A stretch of DNA of 64,000 bases from Smithellaceae bacterium (GTDB lineage Bacteria; Desulfobacterota; Syntrophia; Syntrophales; Smithellaceae): the NCBI GenBank assembly GCA_963667845.2, contig CAXXVL010000002.1, positions 2,464,001 through 2,528,000 on the forward strand, given 5' to 3'. Under the pieces are notes generated by a model that saw nothing but the letters and a program-made list of their open reading frames with translations, had not been told where the DNA came from and made no database searches. The position numbers and the translations under genes were made by a program. Positions within the stretch are counted from its first letter, which is position 1. The number at the start of each line of letters is the position of its first letter. Shown here piece after piece: positions 18,152 through 27,765 of the stretch.

Positions 18152-19970
18152 CCGTATGGATGATCGAAATAATGGATTGGTAAGTGTTGTTGAAATAAAG
18201 CAGATGTTTTTCTTTCAAACGATCCAGCGCGCGGCACACCGATCTTTCAACTGTTTTGGCATCATTTTCCGGTCCGAGTTTTTCGATCAGATCGCTGAGG
18301 TTCATGATCGTAGAATTTGTCAGCTGGAGAATGCGGTATTCCAGGTCGTTTAACGCAAGTTCGGTCACGGGCTCGCCGTCAAAGAACTCCCTGTAGATCA
18401 CGCACTGATCTTGCCGGGAAATGCTGTAACTGTAAGTGTGATCGTAATAAAAATCATTTATTTTGGAGAACAACGCCCAGAGATAATTGGGCTGCGCCGA
18501 GAAGTCGAACAGGGAAAATCGGTCGATGCCCTGAGTTAATTTATCGGGCAGGAGATAATAGATCGCATTCTCATCCCACTTCATTAATTTATCTTTCGCG
18601 ATCAGGTCATAGAAATCCGAATGCTTGGCGACCATCAACGGGATCAGGTTGTGGCGAAAAAGGTTCTTATCGAAAAAAAATCTCATAAAGTGCAGATTGT
18701 CAATGCTCTCCAGAATGTCGATATCGTCTTCACCTATTGACCCGCAGATAACGTTTGCTGAAGGAAGTTTGATCTTGCAGCGGCGGGCGAATTTAACGAA
18801 GAAGATATTGTCCGAAAAGTTGGTCCTTTTGTTCATCTTCATTAACAACCGGTCCGAAAGGGACTCGTAACCGAAATGGATCCTGTTAAATCCGGCACGG
18901 GGGAGCTTCTGCATGATTTCGGCTGTGAAATGTTTGGGGATGACCTCGGCAATGAATTGGATATCTTTGCGCTGCTTGATGGTGATCAGGTCATCGAGGA
19001 TTTTATCAAGCCGTTTCGGATCATTCGCCACGATATCATTATCCATGAAGGCAAAATTGCAGGTATTGTATTTATCAAGAAGGTAATGGATTTCTTCTTT
19101 TAATACTTCAGAATCTTTTTTGCGGTTTTTGTAACCTTCTCCGTAAACGCAGAACCGGCAGGCGTTCCAGGTGCACCCCCTGCTGGATTCAAGGGGCAGG
19201 ATCACCGCGGTGTCCCTTTTGTTTGACGCTTGAAGATAATGGAAGTAATCATCGTGAGCCGGGAATTTCCTGCTGTTCAGATCGTAAAATCCGCCCGCGT
19301 CCGTCTCTGAAGATTGCAGAGAACCCTCTTGGCGAAAGATCAACCGGGGAATAGAATTAAGATCCTTTGTTTGATCATCGATGGCTTGGCCCAGCTCCAG
19401 CAGGGGATATTCTCCTTCTCCCCAAATGGCAAAGTCCGCATCATTGGATATTTTCATGATAGCTTCCGCTTTACCACGGTTACGCAGTCCGCCCAGGACG
19501 ATCTTTGCGTTGGGGAAATCCTTCTTTAAGAATCTGCTGAGCATTATGCCGGCGATCCATTGTTCGTATTTACAGGATATCCCGAAGAGCAACTGATCAT
19601 CAGGTGAATAGCGGGAAAGCTCCTGTGCGGCTATGTCCTCGACTATTCTTTTGGTCCCCGCCAGATAATCACTGTTGTCGTTTAAGATGTCGTAAAGCGG
19701 CAGCTGTGATTTCATAAAGGCATTGGCTTTACTTTGCGCGATATCATCGTTGTGTTCCCCGGCGATCCAATAAAGGTAGGGCAGCAGATCGAAATGGATC
19801 ATATCGGTATCTTTTTCAAAGGCGGGCAAGAGCCCGTCTAGCAGTATGTTCCAGTAAATTATTCTTGTTTCAATATTATGTTGTCCCAGGAAGGACTGAA
19901 GGACCGACATCGCAGCCGACGGTGTGTCGATACGGGCGGGGGGCAGGACATTGAGGATTACTTTTATCAA
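18117..19970 (-). CDS. Cobalamin-dependent (class B) radical SAM methyltransferase, RiPP-maturation type, with probable C-terminal RRE
   Basis: N-terminal B12-binding region (PSAAMSVLQSFL, IVLGG, WGEGE); ESSRGCTWNACRFC; GYESLS; C-terminal winged-helix-like segment (LNDLEYRILQL...ALDRLKEKHLLY). Confidence 0.85.
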   Translation of the reverse strand: MIKVILNVLPPARIDTPSAAMSVLQSFLGQHNIETRIIYWNILLDGLLPAFEKDTDMIHFDLLPYLYWIAGEHNDDIAQSKANAFMKSQLPLYDILNDNSDYLAGTKRIVEDIAAQELSRYSPDDQLLFGISCKYEQWIAGIMLSRFLKKDFPNAKIVLGGLRNRGKAEAIMKISNDADFAIWGEGEYPLLELGQAIDDQTKDLNSIPRLIFRQEGSLQSSETDAGGFYDLNSRKFPAHDDYFHYLQASNKRDTAVILPLESSRGCTWNACRFCVYGEGYKNRKKDSEVLKEEIHYLLDKYNTCNFAFMDNDIVANDPKRLDKILDDLITIKQRKDIQFIAEVIPKHFTAEIMQKLPRAGFNRIHFGYESLSDRLLMKMNKRTNFSDNIFFVKFARRCKIKLPSANVICGSIGEDDIDILESIDNLHFMRFFFDKNLFRHNLIPLMVAKHSDFYDLIAKDKLMKWDENAIYYLLPDKLTQGIDRFSLFDFSAQPNYLWALFSKINDFYYDHTYSYSISRQDQCVIYREFFDGEPVTELALNDLEYRILQLTNSTIMNLSDLIEKLGPENDAKTVERSVCRALDRLKEKHLLYFNNTYQSIISIIHTESTTSQQAAEN

Positions 19971-20342
19971 ACGAGTACCCTTATATGGTCTTTATCAGGA
20001 TCAAACATCCGGCAAATTAGAAACATGTAATAATGTGTTGATCCTGATTTGCGCTTATCATAGCGGCGCTTTAAAAAAGTTCTTTTCCCGGGCAAAAGGT
20101 ATAAGAAAATCGGCATTGTATGTCAATGAAATAATATGCTCGGTAGTCCGGGATATTGTTTTAATTCCTTCGGCAACCTAATATAGCAAATGATGTCATT
20201 GCGGGATCGGATTTTTTTCTTTCTGTGAGCGGCAAACGTCCGGTATAGATAAATTACAGGACTTCAAATCGCAACTATTGATATTACTTCCTGAAAATGA
20301 GATGGTTATAAGACTGGTCCTATAAAAGTGGAGGCGTATAAA

Positions 20343-20972
20343 ATGAAAGTATTATTGGTCAATGGAAGTCCAAACAAAAAAGGATGCACTTACACGGCGC
20401 TTCGCGAAGTGGAAAGCCAATTGAATACCTTTAATATTGAAACGGAGATATTCTATCTGGGAAAGAAACCGATAAGAGGATGCACGGCATGCGGAAAGTG
20501 CGCGGAAATAGAAAAATGTGTATTTGACGATGATGCTGTCAACGTTGCACTGGATAAAGGAAATAAGTCGGATGGTTTTATCTTCGGCTGTCCCGTCCAT
20601 TATGCCGGGGTTTCCGGTTTCATAAAATCATTCTTAGACCGATGCTTTTTTTCCGGCAGCAATGTGTTTGCCTATAAACCGGGCGCGGCAGTCGTAAGCT
20701 GCCGCAGGGCCGGTTCCACCGCGGCACTCGAACAGCTGAATAAATATTTTTCTATCAACAATATGCCGATTGTGTCATCCCAGTACTGGAATATGGTACA
20801 TGGCAACACGCCTGCGGAAGTATTACAGGATCTTGAAGGATTGCAGACCATGCGAACGCTCGGCCGAAATATGGCGTGGCTTCTGAAATCACTGGAAGCG
20901 GGCAAAAAAGCAGGGGTAGTCCTGCCTGAATTGGAAGAGAGGATATGGACAAATGTCATTAGAGAGCAGTAA
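20343..20972 (+). CDS. Flavodoxin-family / iron-sulfur flavoprotein (NADPH-dependent FMN reductase family)
   Basis: NGSPNKKGCT, CTACGKC...C, GCPVHY, SSQYWNMVHG, DLEGLQTMRTLGRNMAW; GGAGG RBS before ATG 20343. Confidence 0.9.
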   Translation: MKVLLVNGSPNKKGCTYTALREVESQLNTFNIETEIFYLGKKPIRGCTACGKCAEIEKCVFDDDAVNVALDKGNKSDGFIFGCPVHYAGVSGFIKSFLDRCFFSGSNVFAYKPGAAVVSCRRAGSTAALEQLNKYFSINNMPIVSSQYWNMVHGNTPAEVLQDLEGLQTMRTLGRNMAWLLKSLEAGKKAGVVLPELEERIWTNVIREQ

Positions 20973-21097
20973 GATTGACGCGGTACGGAATCAGGCGGCA
21001 GAATTGGGGTGAAATCTTTAGTATTCACAATTCATCCAATTTAAAATCCGGATGCGCACCACCGGAGCGCGGGCGCCGGATGTTTCAGCTATTTTAC

Positions 21098-21154
21098 TTG
21101 CAAAATATTTCTAAATATATATAATTAACATAAGGGATAATTATATATGCTTAG
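21098..21154 (+). promoter_or_regulatory. TA promoter with 17-bp inverted repeat (autoregulatory operator candidate)
   Basis: TTGCAA-16bp-TATAAT. IR arms CTAAATATATATAATTA (21111-21127) and TAATTATATATGCTTAG (21138-21154), 15/17 complementary. Confidence 0.6.
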
Positions 21155-21743
21155 TAAAAATATAGCCAAATTACAGGAATTAAGCAAAAAACCTTATTTT
21201 ACCCTGAGTGATGTGGCTCAGAGTTTCGGCCTTCCACCGGCCTCCGCCCGCGTAGTGTGCAGCCGTTATGTCCGGCAGGGAGTGCTGGTCAGACTTAAAA
21301 ACAGTTTTTACACAACAACCTGGAAATGGGACGCTCTGACGCGCCGGGATTTGTTTGAAATCGCCAATGTATTGCAGGTTCCTTCTTATATTTCTCTCAT
21401 GACGGCCCTGGCGTATCACAACGTGACAACACAGGCGCAGAGCAATTATCAGGAAAGCGTCTGCCTGAAACGTTCGATTGTTTACGATATCCGGGACGCC
21501 GTTTTCAACTATGTCAAATTGCAGAGCCGATACTACGGTGGCTTCATCAAGGTGGACGGCGTATTTATCGCCGACAAAGAAAAAGCGTTTCTGGATGCGG
21601 TCTATCTTTACTCGTTCGGCAAATATAAGTTCGATATCGATTCGCTGGACATGAAAAAACTCGAATTGAAGAAACTAAAGAGTCTTTCAAAAGGGTATCC
21701 TGAAAAAACTAAAGAAACGGTGAAAAGGCTGTGCGGGATTTAA
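21147..21743 (+). CDS. AbiEi-like type IV TA antitoxin / transcriptional regulator
   Basis: N-terminal wHTH (GVLVRLKNSFY), PSYISLMTALAYH, IADKEKAFLD; overlaps the downstream NTase gene. Confidence 0.8.
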   Translation: MLSKNIAKLQELSKKPYFTLSDVAQSFGLPPASARVVCSRYVRQGVLVRLKNSFYTTTWKWDALTRRDLFEIANVLQVPSYISLMTALAYHNVTTQAQSNYQESVCLKRSIVYDIRDAVFNYVKLQSRYYGGFIKVDGVFIADKEKAFLDAVYLYSFGKYKFDIDSLDMKKLELKKLKSLSKGYPEKTKETVKRLCGI

Positions 21744-22402
21744 TTCAACATGAGCAATTTGAGCTGGAAGTGCTGGATAGGCTCAACAGCGGAAGATTTT
21801 TGGCCAACCTTGTTTTCGGCGGCGGCACCATGCTGCGCTTATGCCATGGCCTGGATCGCTATTCGGTTGATCTGGATTTCTGGGTTATGAAAGATATCGA
21901 CTGGACGAAATATTATCGCAGGATGGAAAGATACTTACTGCAATTTTATACGCTTGCCGATGCCGCAAACAAGCATTTCACGATTCTATTCGAATTGAAG
22001 TCGCCGCAATATCCCAGAGCTCTAAAAATAGAAATTCGTAAAGAAAAGAAGATGATCAGGACCGAAACCAGTATCGCTTACAGCCCAAACTCCAATGTTC
22101 AGGTTTTGCTGAATACCGTGGCGCTTCCAGACATGATGACGTCAAAGATTGAGGCCTTCCTCAGCCGCAGAGAAATCCGCGACGCATACGATATTGAGTT
22201 CTTACTAAAAAAAGGCTTACCCCTTGCCGCTGAAAATGCAATTCTGGTCAAACTGCAAGACGGTTTGGAAAAGCTGGGAAAGAAAGATTATTCCGTGAAG
22301 TTGGGATCGTTGCTCGATGCATCTGTACGGAAATATTACATGGAAAATGGTTTCCGTATTCTAAAAACGAGCCTTCGAGACAAACTTACGGAAGCGGGGT
22401 GA
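21731..22402 (+). CDS. AbiEii/AbiGii-family nucleotidyltransferase toxin
   Basis: FGGGTMLRLCHGLDRYSVDLDF, KIEAFLSR, RDAYDI. Confidence 0.88.
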   Translation: MRDLIQHEQFELEVLDRLNSGRFLANLVFGGGTMLRLCHGLDRYSVDLDFWVMKDIDWTKYYRRMERYLLQFYTLADAANKHFTILFELKSPQYPRALKIEIRKEKKMIRTETSIAYSPNSNVQVLLNTVALPDMMTSKIEAFLSRREIRDAYDIEFLLKKGLPLAAENAILVKLQDGLEKLGKKDYSVKLGSLLDASVRKYYMENGFRILKTSLRDKLTEAG

Positions 22403-22505
22403 AATTTTTAATCTTGACAATTCAGCGTCAGAAAACAGTTTATGGATTATTGGCGTGGTTTCTATACCACGGGGCAATAAGATGCCGGCAGCGGCGGGGA
22501 GGTGA

Positions 22506-22838
22506 ATGATGGCCTATGATACTGGGTTGGCGCAGAGAGTGCGCGAGATATTAGAGGAAGAGCCGGGGGTTGAGGAAAAGAAGATGTTCGGCGGATTGTG
22601 CTTTTTGCTTTCCGGCAACATGGTCTGCGGCATTATCAAGGATGACCTGATTGTCCGCGTCGGCGCCGAACAATATCAGGCAATGCTCCTGGTGCCTCAT
22701 ACCAGAAAGTTTGAGATCACCGGAAGACCGCTCACCGGGTGGGTGATGGTTTTAGCCAGAGCGCTGGATGATGACGATGACCTGGGCGACTGGCTGCGAA
22801 GAGCCGTAACTTTTGTCCGGACCCTGCCGCCGAAATAA
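22506..22838 (+). CDS. TfoX/Sxy N-terminal domain family protein
   Basis: EKKMFGGLCFLLSGNM, LIVRVG, GWVMV, W...A..FV.TLPPK. Confidence 0.85.
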   Translation: MMAYDTGLAQRVREILEEEPGVEEKKMFGGLCFLLSGNMVCGIIKDDLIVRVGAEQYQAMLLVPHTRKFEITGRPLTGWVMVLARALDDDDDLGDWLRRAVTFVRTLPPK

Positions 22839-22927
22839 ATGCCGGCATCTCCGGAAATTGGATCAAGTCTTTGCTTACGACATTTCGAGCAGGAAGAAAG
22901 TTTCGGCAAACGGGAGATGATTCGGAT

Positions 22928-23464
22928 ATGAATTCAAAACTGGCAATCGGGGATAAAGCTCCGGACTTTAAATTCGCAACACCCTGGGACAAGGAGATCA
23001 ATCTTTATGAGGATGCCGGCAATCACCCGGCTATTTTGATTTTTCTGCGCTATTACGGCTGCCCGGTTTGCCAGATGGAAATGGCAAACATGAAGCGGGA
23101 GATCGATCTGGTCGCGCGAAAGGGGGCGCGTCTTTTTGTGGTGCTGCAAAGTGAACCGGAAACGATTGCTGCGTTAATCAGAAAAGTTGATTTCCCCTTC
23201 ACGATTATTTGCGACCCGCAGGGAAAAATTTTCCAGCGCTATGGCGTGGAAGCCGGCGGCTGGATCAAGTACCTGCATCCGGCCGGTTTGCTGGCCGCAA
23301 TCAAAGCCATCGGCCGCGGCTTTGGGCATGGTAAATTTGAAGGTCGGGAAACGCAGCTTCCGGCAGCCTTTGCGATAACGGCGAACAGGCTGATCACCTA
23401 TGCGTATTATGGAAAGAACATCGCCGATGTGCCGCCGCTCTCGGAAGTGATCAGCGGCATTTAA
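22928..23464 (+). CDS. AhpC/TSA (peroxiredoxin-like, redoxin) family protein
   Basis: GDKAPDF, FLRYYGCPVC, IICDP, QLPAAF. Confidence 0.85.
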   Translation: MNSKLAIGDKAPDFKFATPWDKEINLYEDAGNHPAILIFLRYYGCPVCQMEMANMKREIDLVARKGARLFVVLQSEPETIAALIRKVDFPFTIICDPQGKIFQRYGVEAGGWIKYLHPAGLLAAIKAIGRGFGHGKFEGRETQLPAAFAITANRLITYAYYGKNIADVPPLSEVISGI

Positions 23465-23682
23465 TCCCGCAGGAATGGGCCAATTCCAGGATGTGGATGG
23501 ATTTGGAATTTGTTATTTGTGTGTGATGATGATGTGGGCAGGCGGCAGCTGCACAGTGCTGCCGGAGAGTGATCATAGAAGAATGTTGTGTTAAAAATAT
23601 CGACGCGGTTTACTGACATCATCATCGCGGGCAAAAGGTTCAATTTGCTGCCCGACATCGTATCGCACAAGGAACAGAAATT

Positions 23683-24246
23683 ATGAAAGAACTGGATTAC
23701 GCACTTATGCTCCTCAAGGACGGGAAGATTGAAGCGGTCAAAGAAGCGCTGGCCGATATTCTCCAGTCCGACCCGCAAAACCGGGAAGCCCTCTTCAATC
23801 TCGGCATTTGCTACAGCGAACTGGGCAATCCTGAAAAAGCCGTCCAGACGCTCTCCGATTGCGTAAAGCATCATCCCGATGACGCGGAAGCTTATGCGAC
23901 TCTGGGCTATGCCCATTCCATGCTTCAGCAAAACAGTCAGGCTAAGGAAGATTTCCTGAAGGCGCTGGCGATCGATCCGACAAATTCGTATGCCTTGCGC
24001 AATCTGGGTAATTTGTATGGAATGGAGAAGGATTTCAATAGAGCCATCGAATGCCTTGAAAAATCATTTGCGGCCGATCCGATCGATCAGCACACCGCCT
24101 ATGGCATCGGGTATGCGTATTTTCAGACGGGAAAACTAGACCTCGCTGAAAAATATCTTGGTACAGCCATCGACCTCGACAGGTCAACCCAGCTTGCCGA
24201 AAGGGCAATGGAACTCCTGCGCGACATTACCGAAATCAACCGCTGA
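23683..24246 (+). CDS. Tetratricopeptide repeat protein
   Basis: Repeated A..NLG..Y...G...A...... TPR units. Confidence 0.88.
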   Translation: MKELDYALMLLKDGKIEAVKEALADILQSDPQNREALFNLGICYSELGNPEKAVQTLSDCVKHHPDDAEAYATLGYAHSMLQQNSQAKEDFLKALAIDPTNSYALRNLGNLYGMEKDFNRAIECLEKSFAADPIDQHTAYGIGYAYFQTGKLDLAEKYLGTAIDLDRSTQLAERAMELLRDITEINR

Positions 24247-24253
24247 CGAAAAT

Positions 24254-24353
24254 ATTCAACCACGTCGCAGCAAGCTGTCGATGTATGAAATGAACGTTAT
24301 TATATCTCAGCAATCTGCGAAGAGTTAACGCTCGTCCCGCAATAGCGAGATTA
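24254..24353 (-). repeat. Dispersed repeat family copy 2
   Basis: Reverse complement contains GGGACGAGCGTTAA, ACGTTCATTTCATAC and CAGCTTGCTGCGA blocks shared with the other copies. Confidence 0.8.
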
Positions 24354-24582
24354 AAATTCAGTTTTCGATCTGCTGTTCGCCGTCACGTGAGCTCCAGGGG
24401 CAAATTCCTTTGATTGACTCGACGCTGGCATTTTAGTGCACAATGCATTATCATCATTTCGGATTCCGGCACTCCATTGACGCCTGTAACGTTTACGAAT
24501 GCCCTGATGGGGAATCCGGGTGTTATCAAAGTGGAGTCAAGATTGACCCTTGTTTCTGATGAACCATCGAAAGGTGTTTCGC

Positions 24583-25773
24583 ATGAAAAAGACCTTATGG
24601 ATTATCGGGATTCTCCTGATTTTGTGCTGGTGCGCCGCGGGCTGTTCCAGTCAGTTGAGTTCCAATTTAGAACTGATCCGCACGTATGAAGGGGGCGCTC
24701 TATACAGAGCCGGCGCCGTCAATGTCCTCTCACTGAGGGGCACGCATTATCAGATGGGCCGTCAGTATGGGATGCTGATGAAAGACGAAATGAATGCCCT
24801 GTATGCTCTGGCCGTATCGAAATACAGTGTGTGGATAACCGAAGCCCGTATGCTAGAGGTTGCGAATGCTTATTATGCCAATTTCCCCCCGAAATACAGA
24901 GAGGTGATTGCCGGGATGGCCCAAACGTCGGGATTGGGCCTCGATCGGCAGATCGTCGTCAATGGAATCGAAATCATCCAGAAAATAAACAGTATCGTGC
25001 CCGCGTCGCACTGCACAGGGCTGGTTGTCTGGGGCGATTATACGAGCGGCGGTCCCTTGATCTTCGGCCGCAGCAACGATGATCATCCTTTTTTCAGAAA
25101 TTTCGGGGGCTACGTCGTCGTTGCCGTGTTTAATCCGACGGACGGAGGCATTCCGACGGCAGTCATCAACTATGCCGGTGCGATTTACGCCCCGACGGCG
25201 CTTAACCGGTACGGCATCTTTATGGAAATCAACAGCGGCAATTCTCCGGGAGGCTTCAAGCTGGACCGGAAGCCCACCGTTGTTTCCATGTTCGAATTCC
25301 TGCAGAGCTGTTCGACGCTGGCCCAGGTTAATGAGGCCTTTCAGACCATGCAGGCGGATATTTCCTCGATTGTGAATGTATCCGATCTCCACGGTGTCTA
25401 TAGTTTTGAATGCTCGCTTAGCGCCATGAAACGCGCATCCGTCGATCCGGAAGGACTGCTTGTTTCAACCAATCATTTTCTCGATCCTTCGTGGGGGCTC
25501 AGTCCGCCCACGCCGGATAAAGATGCCGAGAACGGCTGGACGGTCGCGCGCAGAACGAACGGACTTGCCTGGGCCGCAGTTCAAAGGGGGCAGGCCACTG
25601 TTGAGCGAATGATGGAGATCATGTCGAAAGAAATCGTCACGGAAAAAGGACTCCACAATAATACCAGTACCATCTTTCAGGTCGTTGCCGTACCGGAGGC
25701 CCTCACGATTTGGCTGAGGGCCCCCGAGCACTTCGAATGGCAGAAGATTGAATTGGGCGGACTTTTTTATTGA
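24583..25773 (+). CDS. C45-family Ntn-hydrolase (acyltransferase/peptidase) lipoprotein
   Basis: Lipobox AAGC; GTHYQMGRQYG; nucleophile HCT; GRSND; STNHF. Confidence 0.8.
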   Translation: MKKTLWIIGILLILCWCAAGCSSQLSSNLELIRTYEGGALYRAGAVNVLSLRGTHYQMGRQYGMLMKDEMNALYALAVSKYSVWITEARMLEVANAYYANFPPKYREVIAGMAQTSGLGLDRQIVVNGIEIIQKINSIVPASHCTGLVVWGDYTSGGPLIFGRSNDDHPFFRNFGGYVVVAVFNPTDGGIPTAVINYAGAIYAPTALNRYGIFMEINSGNSPGGFKLDRKPTVVSMFEFLQSCSTLAQVNEAFQTMQADISSIVNVSDLHGVYSFECSLSAMKRASVDPEGLLVSTNHFLDPSWGLSPPTPDKDAENGWTVARRTNGLAWAAVQRGQATVERMMEIMSKEIVTEKGLHNNTSTIFQVVAVPEALTIWLRAPEHFEWQKIELGGLFY

Positions 25774-25878
25774 TGCACCTTCGTCCCCTGGTCATTCATC
25801 TTCTTGATGATCCGGCCTTGACAAAGCGCGGCCTGCATTTATACTCTAATCCAAAATAATCATTAGCAAGGTGAAGCC

Positions 25879-26811
25879 ATGCCATTTGTCAGACCCGTAA
25901 TTATCCGTCCCCCCAGCGAACACGACAGTTATTATCTTCCGTTGACTTCGGGATGTTCGAACAATTCGTGTACCTTCTGCAACTTTTCCTTTTCCCGTCT
26001 CGGCATCCGTGATCTGGAAGACGTCAAGCAGGAAATCGATGCCATGTCCGTGTATGTGAGTCGCGGCATTTGGGTGCCGGGCCAGCCCCGGATTGTCTAT
26101 GCGATATTGCAGGAATGGAACGGAAAGAAAGTTTTTCTTCAGGATGGCGACGCCCTGGTCTACCCCTATCCCAAATTGCTTGAGGCTCTGGAGTATCTTA
26201 ACCAGAAGTTCCCGAAAATTCAGCGCATCGCCAGCTACGCCACGCCGCAGGACATTCTGAGGCGCTCGGTCGAGGAATTGAAGGCGCTCAAGGAGCAGAA
26301 GCTGGGCATTCTGTATATGGGCGTGGAAAGCGGGGATGACGAAGTGCTGAAGCGGATTCAGAAAAACGCGACTCACGAGCAGATGGTGGAAGCCGCCAAA
26401 AAAGTGAAGGAAGCGGGCATCCTGCTCTCTATGACGGTGATCCTGGGCTTGGGCGGAGTGAAGGGCTCGGCAAAGCATGTGGCGGAGACGGCGAGGATTC
26501 TGACAGAAATGGACCCGGACTTTGCCGGAGCGCTGACCCTGACGCTGATTCCCGGGACGGGGCTTTACAAGGAATGGGAGCGCGGCGAGTTTGAGCTGAT
26601 CACGCCGTTTGATTCTTTGCGGGAGCTCAAAAGTCTTGTCGAGAATTCAACGTTTACCAATTGTTTTTTCAGCTCGATGCATGCGTCCAATTATTTTGCG
26701 ATCCGGGGGACGATGCCCAAAGACAAGGAAAAAATTCTCAAACAGTTAAATACCTTATTGTCCCGGAAAGATCCTCACCTGCTCAGACCGGAATTTATGC
26801 GCGGGCTGTAG
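25879..26811 (+). CDS. Radical SAM protein (stand-alone; Cx4Cx2C)
   Basis: RPPSE, GCSNNSCTFC, FLQDGDAL, GVESGDD, HASNY, RPEFMRGL. Confidence 0.88.
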   Translation: MPFVRPVIIRPPSEHDSYYLPLTSGCSNNSCTFCNFSFSRLGIRDLEDVKQEIDAMSVYVSRGIWVPGQPRIVYAILQEWNGKKVFLQDGDALVYPYPKLLEALEYLNQKFPKIQRIASYATPQDILRRSVEELKALKEQKLGILYMGVESGDDEVLKRIQKNATHEQMVEAAKKVKEAGILLSMTVILGLGGVKGSAKHVAETARILTEMDPDFAGALTLTLIPGTGLYKEWERGEFELITPFDSLRELKSLVENSTFTNCFFSSMHASNYFAIRGTMPKDKEKILKQLNTLLSRKDPHLLRPEFMRGL

Positions 26812-26845
26812 GGATTGCCGCGCCCAACAAAAAGGAAGGGGTACG

Positions 26846-27181
26846 ATGAAAAAAACAATTTTAGCGTTTCTGAAAGAGATGCTTCCCGTAATCGTTGCCG
26901 TGGTTTTTGCGGTTTCCGTATCGGGTTGCCAGAGCAAGGAAGAAGGCCCCATGGAAAAAGTGGGCAAGGAAATCGATCAAAAAGTTAACGCGGCAAAAGA
27001 GAAGGTGACTGAAACGGCCGAAAAGGTGAAAGAAGCCGCAGAAAAGTCTGTTGAAGCGGCCAAGGAAACTGCACAGAAGACGGGCGAAGCGGTAAAGGAA
27101 GGTGCAGAGAAGACAAAAGAAGCGGTGAAAGAAGGCGCCGGGAAAACGAAAGATGCCATGGAGGACACAACAAAGAAATAA
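26846..27181 (+). CDS. Small lipoprotein with Lys/Glu/Ala-rich 11-aa periodic repeats
   Basis: Lipobox VSGC; EGPMEKVGKEID; repeated EAVKEGAEKTK-like units. Confidence 0.8.
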   Translation: MKKTILAFLKEMLPVIVAVVFAVSVSGCQSKEEGPMEKVGKEIDQKVNAAKEKVTETAEKVKEAAEKSVEAAKETAQKTGEAVKEGAEKTKEAVKEGAGKTKDAMEDTTKK

Positions 27182-27474
27182 TTTGTTCTGCAGGGCGACG
27201 TTCCTGTGGGAATAACAGAACCGACGCCTCTGCTTTATTTGATGATCGCTCAGGTTGCAGCGATCACCGGGGACGATTCTTGTGTGATCTCTCGCCCGGG
27301 GTTCGCGCCTTCGTACTGTGACACTCTGACTGCCCTGAGGCAGACGCATCGGGGTCAAATCTCATCTCCAGAATTTCTCATGAAAAATCAATTGCATTGC
27401 GGCTGCCGAATTCACGTTGTCTGACCTATCAAAAGAGGCTATACTCCCCAAAAATTAGCGCAAGGACAAAGACC

Positions 27475-27729
27475 ATGACCGATCTGACAAACGAAAGCGA
27501 AAAACAAACCCGCATTGAAATGATCAGGCAGGCCCTGAAGGATAAGGCGCCCGTGATGTATGAAGAATTGGAGTCAGACGGCCAGCTGCAAACGTTTTTG
27601 GAAGGTCATGAAGCGGAAATGATGGCAAGTTACGAGGAGGCGAAGAAACAGGCATGGGAAGACACGATGGCCAACTTCCTTAGCTTCGCCGATCCATCCG
27701 ATAGTGAGACATCGTCGCCGATGGGATGA
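27475..27729 (+). CDS. Hypothetical protein (weak TnpV-like appearance)
   Basis: AAGGA RBS before ATG 27475; LKDKAPVMYEELESDGQLQTFL. Confidence 0.6.
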   Translation: MTDLTNESEKQTRIEMIRQALKDKAPVMYEELESDGQLQTFLEGHEAEMMASYEEAKKQAWEDTMANFLSFADPSDSETSSPMG

Positions 27730-27765
27730 AAAGGACGGTTACCTTGTGCCGGAAAACGAAATGAG

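Noticed and set aside
23461..23480. Fifth copy of the dispersed repeat after the AhpC-like gene
   Set aside because: Only TTAATCCCGC matches; the internal conserved blocks are absent.
24583..26811. C45 hydrolase and stand-alone radical SAM as the missing protease or extra maturase of the RiPP cluster
   Set aside because: They lie 4.6-6 kb away beyond unrelated genes (flavoprotein, TA pair, TfoX, AhpC, TPR). The rSAM has no SPASM or RRE features.
26861..27358. Long antisense/alternative-frame ORFs (e.g. 26861..27358, 31381..32349, 12280..13068, 43996..44652, 60590..61423)
   Set aside because: They overlap well-supported genes on the other strand or frame, and lack RBS and recognisable motifs; they are shadows of GC-rich coding sequence.
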